A DNA stretch of 64,000 bases from Candidatus Sericytochromatia bacterium (GTDB lineage Bacteria > Cyanobacteriota > Sericytochromatia > S15B-MN24 > VGJW01): the NCBI GenBank assembly GCA_035285865.1, contig JAYKHS010000007.1, positions 83,508 through 147,507 on the forward strand, given 5' to 3'. The notes beneath the pieces were generated by a model. That model saw only the letters and a list, made by a program, of their open reading frames with translations, did not search any database and was not told where the DNA came from. Numbering within the stretch: position 1 is the first letter of the stretch; each line of letters opens with the position of its first letter. Below, piece after piece: positions 48,801-58,914 of this stretch. A program made the position numbers and the translations under genes.

Positions 48801-48872
48801 TAGCCCCAACGGGATTCGAACCCGTGTTACCGCCTTGAAAGGGCGATGTCCTAACCGCTAGACCATGGGGCC
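48801..48872 (-). tRNA. tRNA-Glu (TTC), CCA not encoded
   Basis: GGCCCCA...TGGGGCT-A, anticodon loop CT-TTC-AA, T loop TTCGAAT. Confidence 0.97.
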
Positions 48873-48888
48873 ACGGCCTGAGAGCTTC

Positions 48889-48918
48889 AGTATCCCAAAG
48901 CCCCCCCGATGCCGTCAA
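48889..48918 (-). promoter_or_regulatory. Promoter of the tRNA-Glu pair
   Basis: TTGACG, 18 nt, TGn-GATACT. Confidence 0.65.
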
Positions 48919-48943
48919 GAGGAAGCGCCTCGGTCCCGGAGGA

Positions 48944-49750
48944 TCAGTATTGGTTGAGCGTGCCCAGATCCCGCGCCTTGCGCTCCGCGAAGGCAAAGAC
49001 GACCAGGCCAGCAACCAGCCAGGTGGCGGCACCCGCCAAGAGGCCGGGCAACTGCCCCGCGGCCCAGAGATGACCGAGGCTGGTACCCCCTACGGCCACG
49101 GCCCGGAGCTGTTCCAGGGCATTGGTGAATGGAAAACCCGCGACCAGTGGACGGGTCCAAGCCGGAAGCTCCGCAAGCGGCACGATGGCCAACCCGAAGA
49201 CCAGCATGACGGCGAACTGAGCCAGTGTCGTGATGCGCTTGGCGATCAGGCCCGCACCACCCAGCATCAGGCCGATACCCTCCATGCCCAGATACATCAG
49301 CGTCAGCAGGACGATATAGGCCGGCACGTCGAGATGCAGGCGGACTCCCGTCACGAGACAGGCTATGGCAAGCACCAGCGCGAAGCGCAGCAGCATCTCG
49401 ACATAGCTCGCGAGGTCCCGCAAAAGGACCACGACGACCAGAGGCGGGGGGGAGAGCGCGGCCTGCTCGAGCGTCCCGGTCTGGACCTCCTCGGCGATGA
49501 GTTCGGCCGCGTTGCCGAGGCCGTTGATCGCGATGTAGGTCGTCAGCAGGCCGAGCAGACGGCCTACGTTGCCCTCCTCGAAGCCCGGAAGGGAGGAGGC
49601 CTGGCTGCCAACCGCCGCCGAGAACCCGAAGAAGATCAGCAGGGCAAAGCCCAGGTTCCAGACCAGTCGGGAGACGGTCTCCAGGGGATAGCGCACCAGC
49701 AGGATGGCCTCGCGACGAAGCTCGGCCACGAAGAGACGCCAGAGATTCAT
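48944..49750 (-). CDS. ABC-2 type transporter permease
   Basis: About six TM helices; EEVQTGTLEQ motif; coupled to the ATPase gene. Confidence 0.88.
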   Translation of the reverse strand: MNLWRLFVAELRREAILLVRYPLETVSRLVWNLGFALLIFFGFSAAVGSQASSLPGFEEGNVGRLLGLLTTYIAINGLGNAAELIAEEVQTGTLEQAALSPPPLVVVVLLRDLASYVEMLLRFALVLAIACLVTGVRLHLDVPAYIVLLTLMYLGMEGIGLMLGGAGLIAKRITTLAQFAVMLVFGLAIVPLAELPAWTRPLVAGFPFTNALEQLRAVAVGGTSLGHLWAAGQLPGLLAGAATWLVAGLVVFAFAERKARDLGTLNQY

Positions 49751-50703
49751 GCCGCAGCCCCCGTCACGATGCGCAGGTACAAGGCCTCGAGATCGACCTC
49801 GCGGGCACGGACCCAGGCCAGCTCCAGCCCCGCCTCGATCAGGAAGGCCACGACACCGGGCAGGTTTTCCGGTGAGGCCACCACCCCCTGCCAGGCCCCA
49901 TCGCCCTGGACCATCTCTTCGAGACCAAGCACGCGCAATCGCTCGGGGACATCCGCATCGGGTTCTCCCCGGAAGGCCACGAGATGCCCCGGCGCCCGGT
50001 AGGCCGCGCGCAAGGCCTGCAAGCCATCGAGTGCGCGCAGATTGCCTGCGGCCATGATGGCGATGCGGTCGGAGAGATCTTCGGCCACCTCCATCTGATG
50101 CGTCGTCAGGACGATGCCGCAGCCTTCGCGTGCGATGTCCCGGACCACGCCCCTGAAGGTCACGGCCGCCTCGACATCGAGCCCCAGCGTGGGCTCGTCC
50201 AGCAACAGGGTGCGCGGGCCCCCGAGGAGCGCGACGGCGATGGCCACGCGTTGCTGCAAGCCGCGCGACAGCTCGCCGACCCGCTTGCGGACGTGCGGCC
50301 CCAGACCGAGGCGCTCGATGAGGGCCTCGCGACGCCCGGCGATGCCGGACACACCCTTGAGGGCGCCGAAGTAGTCCAGGTTCTCGCGTGCCGTCAGCTT
50401 CCAGTGCAGGTTGCGGTTGCCCTCAAGGACAGCACCCAGACCGCGTACGGCACGCATGCGCTCCGTGGCGACATCCTGGCCATCAATCAGGATGCGGCCC
50501 TCGGTCGGCCGGACGAGCCCGGCGATCATCTTGAGCGTGGTGGTCTTGCCCGCGCCATTGGGACCCAGCAGCCCCAGGATTTCTCCCGGTCGCACATGGA
50601 AAGAGACGTCCTCCACGGCGACATGCCGAGCGCGCCCGGCACGGGCCGGAAACACCTTGGAGACGCCGGAGACGTCGAGGCCGGGGGGAGAATCCTCTAT
50701 CAC
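49747..50703 (-). CDS. ABC transporter ATP-binding protein
   Basis: GPNGAGKTT, LSRGLQQR, LLLDEPTLGLD, TTH. Confidence 0.93.
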   Translation of the reverse strand: MIEDSPPGLDVSGVSKVFPARAGRARHVAVEDVSFHVRPGEILGLLGPNGAGKTTTLKMIAGLVRPTEGRILIDGQDVATERMRAVRGLGAVLEGNRNLHWKLTARENLDYFGALKGVSGIAGRREALIERLGLGPHVRKRVGELSRGLQQRVAIAVALLGGPRTLLLDEPTLGLDVEAAVTFRGVVRDIAREGCGIVLTTHQMEVAEDLSDRIAIMAAGNLRALDGLQALRAAYRAPGHLVAFRGEPDADVPERLRVLGLEEMVQGDGAWQGVVASPENLPGVVAFLIEAGLELAWVRAREVDLEALYLRIVTGAAA

Positions 50704-51611
50704 GTGGCGATCGGCTCCAGACGGGTGGTGGCGTCAAGGCGCCCCCGGAGCGCATCGGCCTCCGGCAGCAATCCTACACGATACCCCATGGCCCACCTCA
50801 GCCACGACCGGGCATAGCGCCGGAAACCGACACCCGTGAAGGCACGCAGGAGTCGCAATACGCCCACCCACACCGGCAGGTCAGGATGCACGACCAGAAG
50901 GGAGAGCTCGAGGTCCGGGCGGAAACGACGCTTGAAGGCTGCCAGACCAGCGAAAGGGAAAAGCCCCTCGAGCGCAGGCCGGACACGTGCCAGCAGCGGG
51001 GGCACGGGGCCCTCGAGCGGCATCAGGCCGAGGGTGACCCACCTGGCTCCGTCGCCAGCCAGGGCGCGCATGCCCTTGTCGACCAGCAGTTCAACCGTAC
51101 CCTGCGGTGCCTCAGGGTCGCGGACGAGATGCACCAGGCACCAGACACCCGGCGCACGCGGCAAGGCCAGCGCTGCACCGACGAGACGCTCCCCGCACCA
51201 CGCCAGCCCCAGCCACGCGCACGCATGCGGCTCCTCCCAGCGGGAAGAAGCCGCAAAGGCCATCGGCGGCATCCGACAGGCAGCACGCCAACGGGCCAGC
51301 AGCGCGGCCAGTTGCTGTCCTGCCGCATCAAGGGATGTCTCATCACGCAACCACGACCAGCTCACGACGACACCGCAGCGCCCAGCCCTCCCGAGCTGGC
51401 GACGAAGGCCCCGCAAACTACGGGCGTGCGCATCCCACCGCGTGACGTCCCACCACGGCTCGAGCCCGGCAACCCACGCACCTGCAGGCAGACGGCCAGG
51501 ATCCCCCAGCAGCTGGCCAAACACCAGCCCTGCGGTTCGAAACTCCTCACCAGGCAAACCCCCACCCGACCCGTCGGATGCGAAGGGCAGGGGGGCTTCA
51601 GCGTCCGTCAT
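50700..51611 (-). CDS. Stand-alone DUF2156 / MprF C-terminal (aminoacyl-phosphatidylglycerol synthase-like) domain protein
   Basis: LVRDPEAPQGTVELLV, VTLGLMPL, F.GL..FKRRFRP. Confidence 0.7.
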   Translation of the reverse strand: MTDAEAPLPFASDGSGGGLPGEEFRTAGLVFGQLLGDPGRLPAGAWVAGLEPWWDVTRWDAHARSLRGLRRQLGRAGRCGVVVSWSWLRDETSLDAAGQQLAALLARWRAACRMPPMAFAASSRWEEPHACAWLGLAWCGERLVGAALALPRAPGVWCLVHLVRDPEAPQGTVELLVDKGMRALAGDGARWVTLGLMPLEGPVPPLLARVRPALEGLFPFAGLAAFKRRFRPDLELSLLVVHPDLPVWVGVLRLLRAFTGVGFRRYARSWLRWAMGYRVGLLPEADALRGRLDATTRLEPIAT

Positions 51612-52827
51612 CGTCCCACCAAACATCCTCGAACCACGAATGGCACCTGCCCTCATGATAGGCCACGACCTCAAGCCGGCATCCGATCGGCCCTCGAACT
51701 GTTCTGGTGCGCCACAAACGCACCTGACCGACGGGAGCTACCCCGGACTCCACGAGCACGGTGCCAAGCTCGATCTCAGGTTCCGACAGGATGATCGCGG
51801 GGTCCCGACTGCGGGCCCGAATCACCACCCGCGTCAGGAGGACCTCCTGACCGACGGCCAGCCCGACTGGCAGCGTGGCCAGCCGCCCTTCAGCCCGATC
51901 CTCGAAGGCAGGCGGCTCGAGCACCACCGCACGAGGACAACCCGCAGGCGGCGTGGCAAGCGGAGTCAGGTCCACCATCCCGAGCGGCCAGCTGCCCCCG
52001 CGCGCCTCCTTCAGGCTGGCCCAGGCTCTCAGGTGCCCGCCATCCTGACGCGGCAGCGGCCAGCGCGCCACGACGGCATCCCCTGAAGCGAGCCGCTCCC
52101 AGACCTGCCCCGGGCCAGCCATCTCGGGCGGCGGCACCATCGTCCAGGCCAGATCCACCCCGACGTCCCGGACGGGCCGTCCCCCTGCGTGCACGACACG
52201 CACCAGGACCGCATCCGAGGCCGTCTCCGTCCCGAACGACCAGACAGGAAACTGCTCCGGCAGAAGCGGTACTCCACGCAGCCCCCGAGGGAGGCTCCAA
52301 TGTGCCATCGCGCGACCATCACGCAGCAAGGTCACCGAACGGGCCCCGGAGACGCGGTGGGCCGAGGCCGGGAAATGGGCGTCCAGGGCGCCATCCGCCT
52401 GGGCCACGAGCGGCCGGAACTCCGGTCCCTTGTCCGTCGCGAGCATCAGGGCGTCGCCACGCACCTCGTGCAGGCCCGGAAGGCTCTGCAGAAGAAACCC
52501 GGCCAGAATAGCATCAAGCGCCATCAGCGGGCCTGCATGCGCGAACAACGGCAGTCCCGTCAGCCACTGCACGCCCCCAAGCAACAGGGGCTGTCCCAAG
52601 AGGGCATAAGCCGACAAGGTCCCCTCGGCACCACGAAGAACGCCTGTCTCGCCCGGAAGCACGCGCATCCGGACGGACTCCGTGCTCTCGGAAACCTGCA
52701 GATGCGGGGGTTGCTGCCACGCCCTGTCGGCGATGGCGGCGACGCTCATGCAGCCGCCCAGCAAAGCGAGACAAAGGGCGGTCAACAAACCTCGCCAGAG
52801 GTTCATCCGAAGCGACCAATGCTGCAT
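51598..52827 (-). CDS. Hypothetical lipoprotein
   Basis: Lipobox LGGC; TATGCT 7 nt before ATG 52827 (alternative 52806). Confidence 0.65.
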   Translation of the reverse strand: MQHWSLRMNLWRGLLTALCLALLGGCMSVAAIADRAWQQPPHLQVSESTESVRMRVLPGETGVLRGAEGTLSAYALLGQPLLLGGVQWLTGLPLFAHAGPLMALDAILAGFLLQSLPGLHEVRGDALMLATDKGPEFRPLVAQADGALDAHFPASAHRVSGARSVTLLRDGRAMAHWSLPRGLRGVPLLPEQFPVWSFGTETASDAVLVRVVHAGGRPVRDVGVDLAWTMVPPPEMAGPGQVWERLASGDAVVARWPLPRQDGGHLRAWASLKEARGGSWPLGMVDLTPLATPPAGCPRAVVLEPPAFEDRAEGRLATLPVGLAVGQEVLLTRVVIRARSRDPAIILSEPEIELGTVLVESGVAPVGQVRLWRTRTVRGPIGCRLEVVAYHEGRCHSWFEDVWWDDDGR

Positions 52828-52907
52828 GAGCCCAAGCATAAGCTGTATGGCCATCCGAAGGCCAAGTCGCCATGCCACACGAAGCCTCAGGGAGTACCAT
52901 GCAAGAC

Positions 52908-53915
52908 ATGGCTACACCCATTCGTCCAGGCGTCGGCCTCTGGGCCTGCATCATGGGCGTGCTTGTCGGCATGACGGGGTGTGTGACACCGCGAATCCAG
53001 CCCTTCACGGGGACCCGCATCCTCACGACGACTCTTCTGCCTACCCCCGTCCGCGCACGTTGGCGCGAGCCGGAGGGTCTCATCGTCGCCATGTTGGCGG
53101 CCGGTTCCTCCCGCGTGGCCATCGGTCGACAGGACGGGCGGGTGACCCTGCACGCCCTGAACACGGGCGAGGCCTTGCGTGAGTGGACGATTGAAGGCGA
53201 ACTCACGGCGCTCCTCCCACTGGACGGGCCGCGGACCGAGCTGGCTGCCGTCACATCCGAAGGGGGCGTGGTCCATCTCGATGTGGACGAGGACGAGCCT
53301 GTCGCGACCCTCTCGACAGGATTGACCGTGGAACGCGCAGGGCGATGGTTCGGTCCGGCCGAAATCTGGGTTCGCCAAGGCGATACCGTTGTCCTGCTGG
53401 ACCTCGATACGGCGGAGTTGCGCACGCCGCCGCTGGCCGGCCCCTGGTGGGCGACGGCACTGAGTCCCGATGGGGAAAGGCTGATCCTGACTCGTGAGGA
53501 TGCCCCGCCCTCATTCGTGGTCTTGCCAACCGATGCAGCAAACGGCTCCACACCCGAACGGACCACCATCTGGGAAGACCTGCCCTTTGCCTTGATGCCT
53601 GCGTGGAGCAGCGACGGGCAGGGCTGGACGTTGGCTGGCGAAGGCAAGGTCTGGGTTGAGACGCCCACGACGAACGGCGAGATGTTCGCGTACGTGGTAG
53701 GTATCCCCGAGCCACAGTCGGTCGCTTTCCTGCCGAGTGGGCGCACGATTGGCGTGGCCGGTGAAAATCGCCTCCAATTGGTCAGCGCGCGCAGCGGCAG
53801 GGTGCTGCACTCCTTGCAGGGCTCGGCAGCACCGGTTTGGCTCCCCGTGAAGCATGAGGTCGTTCATGCCCTTACTCCGGGTCTGGTTTCCATCGTTGAC
53901 GCAGGGGCATACTGA
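52908..53915 (+). CDS. Beta-propeller (WD40-like) lipoprotein
   Basis: MTGC lipobox; ALSPDGERL, AWSSDG, VAFLPSGRTI blade motifs. Confidence 0.7.
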   Translation: MATPIRPGVGLWACIMGVLVGMTGCVTPRIQPFTGTRILTTTLLPTPVRARWREPEGLIVAMLAAGSSRVAIGRQDGRVTLHALNTGEALREWTIEGELTALLPLDGPRTELAAVTSEGGVVHLDVDEDEPVATLSTGLTVERAGRWFGPAEIWVRQGDTVVLLDLDTAELRTPPLAGPWWATALSPDGERLILTREDAPPSFVVLPTDAANGSTPERTTIWEDLPFALMPAWSSDGQGWTLAGEGKVWVETPTTNGEMFAYVVGIPEPQSVAFLPSGRTIGVAGENRLQLVSARSGRVLHSLQGSAAPVWLPVKHEVVHALTPGLVSIVDAGAY

Positions 53916-53964
53916 CCGACCGAAGCCCCCCGGTGCCAAACCAGCAGAAGGCATCATCGGACGC

Positions 53965-55320
53965 CTAATCAGCCAAGGGTAGCTCCACCTGTTCCTCGCG
54001 CGTCACCACCTGGCTGCCACGCTTCAGGGACCACTTCACGTCCAACAACACGGGTTCGTCGAGGGATACGTCGGGGGCAGCCACGAGGGTGCCCCGGAAG
54101 ACCATGTTCTTGCCTGCCGCCAACTCCGTCGGCATCGGCCCTCCAGATGCATCGAGAATCAAGATGCGCGGATCACGCGAACGCACGCGAAAGTCGAGAT
54201 CGGAAACCTGGAGCATCTCGGGTGAGACGAGGCCCATCCTGAACCCGCAGACGATCTGCCCAGAAGGCTGCTGAAGCACCGGCTGACCATCCAGCATCGG
54301 CATGGCCATTTGAACCCGCTCCAGCAGCGATGCGCGGACGCGAACACGCAAGGCCACGGGGGCACTGGAGACACCGGCCACCTCGTGTGCCCGCAGGCGA
54401 TATTGAAAAGCACCGGCAGCGGCGTATCCGGGAATCTGGAACTTGAGCGACAGGCGATGCGTGCTCCCCGACGGCAGGCTCTGCAGGCGCTGCGGCCAAG
54501 CAACCAGCCAATCCCGATGCGGCCCCGACAGAACCGGCTCGATGGCAAGATCCACATCCGACGCCGAACCGCCCCCAGCGTTGCCAACGAGCAGGTCGAG
54601 TGTCACGCTCGCGCCGGAATCCACATCCAGATACCAGCCATCCGCCTCAATCTTCAACGCTCCCTCGCCATCGCTGGCCTGGCGTGAAGTGGGAGCGAGG
54701 GTCAATCCAGGCAGGCGAAGCGGATCGCGAGGATTCAGAGGCGAACGGCGCCGCAGGGCACGCCCTACCAGCGGTGCTTCCTCCCGACCCATCCAGAGTT
54801 TCAGATCTTCAACGGCCTCATGCGGATACATCGGGATCTCAGCCACGAGTCGACCATCGGTCGTCGGCTCGAAAGGGCGGGCCTTCCAGCCCAAAGAGCC
54901 CTCCAACCACGCCTCGGCCGGCATAACTGGCATCACTTGCCTCGCCCGCCACGCACCGACCAGACGCTCGCCCAGCAGGTCGAGGGCCAGGAGACCGACA
55001 CCTCCCAGCACACCGCCAGCGGCTGCATCCAACACGTGGCCCCAGACGAGCGCACCCATCAGGGCGTTACCCCCAACCCAGGCCGACACGACCGGGAGCG
55101 TTCCGAGCAGCCCATCCGGTAGCGGAAGGGCGGCGTCACCGGCAGGAGGAATCACCTCGATACGATAGCCAGTCGGGCGTTCTTCCACCGTATACCGGAC
55201 GGCATCGGAGGGCTGTGCACGAACCACAGCGGCCAACGACGCGCAGGAGGACAGCGTGGCCGCCAGAGTCAGACCGGCCACCATCCTGCTTGCCGGACCC
55301 GACGGGGTCCACGGATTCAT
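53965..55320 (-). CDS. Hypothetical lipoprotein with Ig-like (CARDB/NEW3-like) C-terminal domains
   Basis: Lipobox LSSC; L.V.N.G...A.DV and L..G.T..L...F.IP..A.AG.F patterns; ATGA overlap with upstream stop. Confidence 0.65.
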   Translation of the reverse strand: MNPWTPSGPASRMVAGLTLAATLSSCASLAAVVRAQPSDAVRYTVEERPTGYRIEVIPPAGDAALPLPDGLLGTLPVVSAWVGGNALMGALVWGHVLDAAAGGVLGGVGLLALDLLGERLVGAWRARQVMPVMPAEAWLEGSLGWKARPFEPTTDGRLVAEIPMYPHEAVEDLKLWMGREEAPLVGRALRRRSPLNPRDPLRLPGLTLAPTSRQASDGEGALKIEADGWYLDVDSGASVTLDLLVGNAGGGSASDVDLAIEPVLSGPHRDWLVAWPQRLQSLPSGSTHRLSLKFQIPGYAAAGAFQYRLRAHEVAGVSSAPVALRVRVRASLLERVQMAMPMLDGQPVLQQPSGQIVCGFRMGLVSPEMLQVSDLDFRVRSRDPRILILDASGGPMPTELAAGKNMVFRGTLVAAPDVSLDEPVLLDVKWSLKRGSQVVTREEQVELPLAD

Positions 55321-56900
55321 TGCTGGAAGTCGACCTTGGTGGTTGAGATGGATTCGGCAGAACTGAGCGGCGTCACCGACACCGTGGCATCCGTACGTGC
55401 GAAGCGAGTCCAGATATAGAGCGTCTCGGCCATCTCGCTGGCGTACAGGAAGGAGCCGCTGGCTGCGTCTGCGCCCAGGATCTGGGTGCCATCCGCACGG
55501 AAGACGCGGACGGCGGATTTGCGACCCCAACTCTCATCGTCATTACACATGTTTCCGATGCAGCCATACTCCGAATAGATGGAGTTGAAGTGGCTAAGCC
55601 GGAAGATCGTGCTGTCGGCCGTGGTCACACGCCAGAACTCGCCACTTTTCGGGTCGTCCCAGATGCGATCCGAGTAGGGGGTTGAGGAGAAGGTTGCCTG
55701 CCCCGCGCCGGTCAGCACCAGTTTGGACATGTCCGCGTCGCGCCAGACCAACTCGGCCTTCCCTCCCTCCTCAACCACAACGCTCGAGCCGTCAAAGACA
55801 CTTGATGAAGCAGGAAGCATTACACGAACCCAAGGTAGTGCAGTCACGCCCGGATAGACACTGATACTCCAAACACCGGGTTCAACTGCCACCGATTGAC
55901 TGGATGAACCTTGCAGATAAACAAACTCAGGAGCTAGTGGAGAGCCCAGATTAAGCTGGCAGTAATCGGAATCACTAGGAATTAGGACAATACGACGACT
56001 TAGATAAGAACCATCACGAACCGCCAGAGAGGCATCTCTGTATCCAGGATAGCTATTGAATGGCCGCACATCCCCATTCAGATCCACAACCGAAACCTTC
56101 ACAGATCCCTTCTCGATCTTCTTGCTCTTGCCATAGAGCGCAGCAGCCAACACCGCCCCATCGATCTGTTCGGGCGCCTTACCGGCATTCAACTGTGCCG
56201 TTATGGCATCGACAAATGCGGACTTCCGCACCAGCATCGGATGTGTCATATAAGAAGAAGGCGTGCCAGCTGGACGCGTGACGTCTTCAATGGCCGTCTG
56301 CAACGCCGCCAGGTTAATCCGCGGCACCACCTCGACAGGAAGCGCCTCGAGAATCTCGGCCGCAGGCGTGCTACCGTACCGGACGACAACCTCGCTGACC
56401 TTGCCCGCCTGCGACGTGGATGCCGCCTTCACCGTTGCGATGACGTTACCCTGCGCATCCCGCCCGGTGGCGGTGATGATCTGGTTCCGACCCGCAGGCA
56501 GGATGATCGTCCCAGCAGCAGAGCTGCCGCCTGAAATCTCGACGCTGGTCGCGAGGGGCGCCGGAAGATTCTCGCCCTTGACCTCGATGTCCACCTTTCG
56601 GATGTTGCCGAACGGGATCGCCTGCGTCGTCCGGTTATTGGACTCGGATACACCACCCGGCAGACTGACCAGGACGGTCACCGCAGCCTTACCCGGCGAC
56701 AGCCGAACGGGCTTGCCCGGTTCCACGAAGGCCACGACTTCAGGCCGCACCCCCTGATAGGCCGAGGCAAAGGACTCCCCTGCTCCTCCGGGCATTCGCG
56801 TGGGCACGACCACATCTGAGGAGACGTGGCAGGCCGACACACTGATCGCCACCGCGCACGCCGCGAACAGCCAAGACATTTGCACGGGTACTTTACTCAT
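55317..56900 (-). CDS. Hypothetical surface lipoprotein (527 aa)
   Basis: Lipobox VSAC; beta-rich; translationally coupled on both sides. Confidence 0.7.
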   Translation of the reverse strand: MSKVPVQMSWLFAACAVAISVSACHVSSDVVVPTRMPGGAGESFASAYQGVRPEVVAFVEPGKPVRLSPGKAAVTVLVSLPGGVSESNNRTTQAIPFGNIRKVDIEVKGENLPAPLATSVEISGGSSAAGTIILPAGRNQIITATGRDAQGNVIATVKAASTSQAGKVSEVVVRYGSTPAAEILEALPVEVVPRINLAALQTAIEDVTRPAGTPSSYMTHPMLVRKSAFVDAITAQLNAGKAPEQIDGAVLAAALYGKSKKIEKGSVKVSVVDLNGDVRPFNSYPGYRDASLAVRDGSYLSRRIVLIPSDSDYCQLNLGSPLAPEFVYLQGSSSQSVAVEPGVWSISVYPGVTALPWVRVMLPASSSVFDGSSVVVEEGGKAELVWRDADMSKLVLTGAGQATFSSTPYSDRIWDDPKSGEFWRVTTADSTIFRLSHFNSIYSEYGCIGNMCNDDESWGRKSAVRVFRADGTQILGADAASGSFLYASEMAETLYIWTRFARTDATVSVTPLSSAESISTTKVDFQQ

Positions 56901-58302
56901 CGAAGCGTACCTTGATGGTGATGGTCGCGTTGCCCATCGGGCCGGGACCAGGGGCTAGACTTGTCATCGTTGGACTGGGTTCAGGAGTCGCGGCACCAGG
57001 TGTCGCAGCTGGCATTGGTGTCTCAATGGGCGCTAACGAGGGAGTGGGCGATGGAGGAGCAAAGGGTGTAGGCGTGAGCCAGCCCCCACCATTCCCGGGT
57101 GCCGGGATCACGGTAGAGGTCGGCGATGGACCCGGAACCGGAGGAATGGGCACCGGCGTGCCAACCGGAGTCTGATACGGTGCCGGCGTACTGGACGGCG
57201 CCAGCGGCAAGGGTGACGCGGGAGGCAACGTCCCTAAAGGTACCGGCGTCGCCCCGGCCCAGGCGGACCAATCGAAACCCGAAGGATAGGGAACCGGGGC
57301 CGGAGTCTGAAGCCCCTCGGGACCACCGAAATCCCCTCCCACCGCGGAGGCCACCGTCACGTCCACTTCCATCGACACCGTAGCACCGGCCGCGAAAGGC
57401 ACCACCACAACACGATCAGCACGACCCGGTGCCGAAAGCCAGACCCTCCACGTCCCGGGCAGAATCGGGCCCAACGCAAAGGCCCCGTTGTCCATGCCGG
57501 CATAGGGCAAGCTCGCAGGGTCATGAATCCGCAGCAGCAACTCCTCGCCCGGCCCCAACCCGCGGACACCGACGACCAGAGCGGACGGCTTGTGCAGGGG
57601 AACCTCGACCTGCCCGGAAAGATGATGCGAACCCCCAGAAGCGAGGATCCGATCTGCCCATGTGACGTGATCCACGAAGGAGCCATGCAGCCCCGCCGCC
57701 AAAGCCGCATCCAGCTTCCCTTGGAGCGCCACGAGGTCCAGCGACGCCACACGCTGCCGACCTTCGCTGCGATCACGACGATGAATCTCCCCCACCATTC
57801 GAGCCAGAGCCGTAGCTGACCATGCCAGCCGAACCTCGCGACCCTCACGAGCGACATCGACAATCGCGGCGAGAACGGCACCCGGAACGTCTCGACCCTC
57901 GGCATCCAGCCCGACGGCCTCGACGACGCGACGAGGGCCAGGCACGAGTCCCGATAGGGAGACGGAGAACTGGCCGTCCACGACAGGAGCTACGACAGCG
58001 GGGAGATCGAACTGGCCAGCCCCCACGATGGAGACCCGAACGGAACTCACCTGGTTGAGGTCCAGACCCTGCACGGTCCTGCCCTCGACCTTCACGCGGG
58101 GCGCGAGTCGCTCCCCCGTGACCAAGAGTGTCGCAGTTCCGGCAGCAAGCCCCGTCAACGAAACCTGAACGCCGGCCTTACGTGGCATCGACGGAATCAT
58201 CGCGTCGGATGTCAGAGCGCCGACGACCTGGCCCAAGACACCGCAGCCGGGAAGCAGAAGGGCTGCCGTGACAGCAAAATGACGCCATCGCGAGGTCGAC
58301 AT
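56893..58302 (-). CDS. Hypothetical surface lipoprotein with Pro/Thr-rich tail
   Basis: Lipobox LPGC; TATGAT 6 nt before ATG; PTP-rich C-terminus. Confidence 0.7.
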   Translation of the reverse strand: MSTSRWRHFAVTAALLLPGCGVLGQVVGALTSDAMIPSMPRKAGVQVSLTGLAAGTATLLVTGERLAPRVKVEGRTVQGLDLNQVSSVRVSIVGAGQFDLPAVVAPVVDGQFSVSLSGLVPGPRRVVEAVGLDAEGRDVPGAVLAAIVDVAREGREVRLAWSATALARMVGEIHRRDRSEGRQRVASLDLVALQGKLDAALAAGLHGSFVDHVTWADRILASGGSHHLSGQVEVPLHKPSALVVGVRGLGPGEELLLRIHDPASLPYAGMDNGAFALGPILPGTWRVWLSAPGRADRVVVVPFAAGATVSMEVDVTVASAVGGDFGGPEGLQTPAPVPYPSGFDWSAWAGATPVPLGTLPPASPLPLAPSSTPAPYQTPVGTPVPIPPVPGPSPTSTVIPAPGNGGGWLTPTPFAPPSPTPSLAPIETPMPAATPGAATPEPSPTMTSLAPGPGPMGNATITIKVRFDE

Positions 58303-58348
58303 GATCACATCATAGCCGACAATGACCCGCAGGCATATGGATAGCAAC

Positions 58349-58379
58349 AAAAAGTCCCCCACCCTTGCGGGCGGGGGAC
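58349..58379 (-). terminator. Intrinsic terminator of the act operon
   Basis: GTCCCCCGCCC-GCAA-GGGTGGGGGAC followed by TTTTT. Confidence 0.85.
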
Positions 58380-58392
58380 CGTCAGACCAACG

Positions 58393-58914
58393 CTACTTGA
58401 TCAGCTCACGCTTCACGTAGCTGACGAGCGCCCAGCGCTCCTTGATCGTCAGCTTCTTCTGGTACTTCGGCATGATGGGCTCGATACCGGGACCGAACGG
58501 GTGACCATTCGTGATCCGGAGGTACCATTGGCCATCCGACATGGCCTTGTACATCGGCTGCTGCAAGTTGAACGGCGGGATGAGGAGAGCCTTGCCCACT
58601 TCACCGTCACCGTTGCCACCCAGGCCGTGGCAGGAACCGCACTGAGCCTCGTACTTGCGCTTGCCCAGCGTCAGCAGCTCCTTGGAAGGAGTGCCAAACG
58701 GGTTGGCCGGGCCGCCATTGATGTCCATCGGATAGTCCAGGTTCACCTCTTCGTCGTTCTGCGCGACAGCGGAAGCCGGCACCGGAAGCGGACTCTCCTG
58801 GGCACGGTAGCTGATCTGGTCACGCATCTGACCCTGGCAACCGGCCACCACGAGTGCGGCGGGCACGATGCCGGCGACGGCAGGAATCAGGTTCGACAGG
58901 CGGCGGCTAGACAT
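58393..58914 (-). CDS. actE: Alternative complex III monoheme cytochrome c lipoprotein
   Basis: Lipobox VAGC, M.DQ.SY..QE, CGSCHG..G.GDG, MP.Y, ERWALV.YV. Confidence 0.85.
   Translation of the reverse strand: MSSRRLSNLIPAVAGIVPAALVVAGCQGQMRDQISYRAQESPLPVPASAVAQNDEEVNLDYPMDINGGPANPFGTPSKELLTLGKRKYEAQCGSCHGLGGNGDGEVGKALLIPPFNLQQPMYKAMSDGQWYLRITNGHPFGPGIEPIMPKYQKKLTIKERWALVSYVKRELIK

Noticed and set aside
48713..48872. tRNA-Glu as an integration site for an island or prophage
   Set aside because: No integrase and no separate duplicated tRNA 3' end seen; the terminator follows directly.
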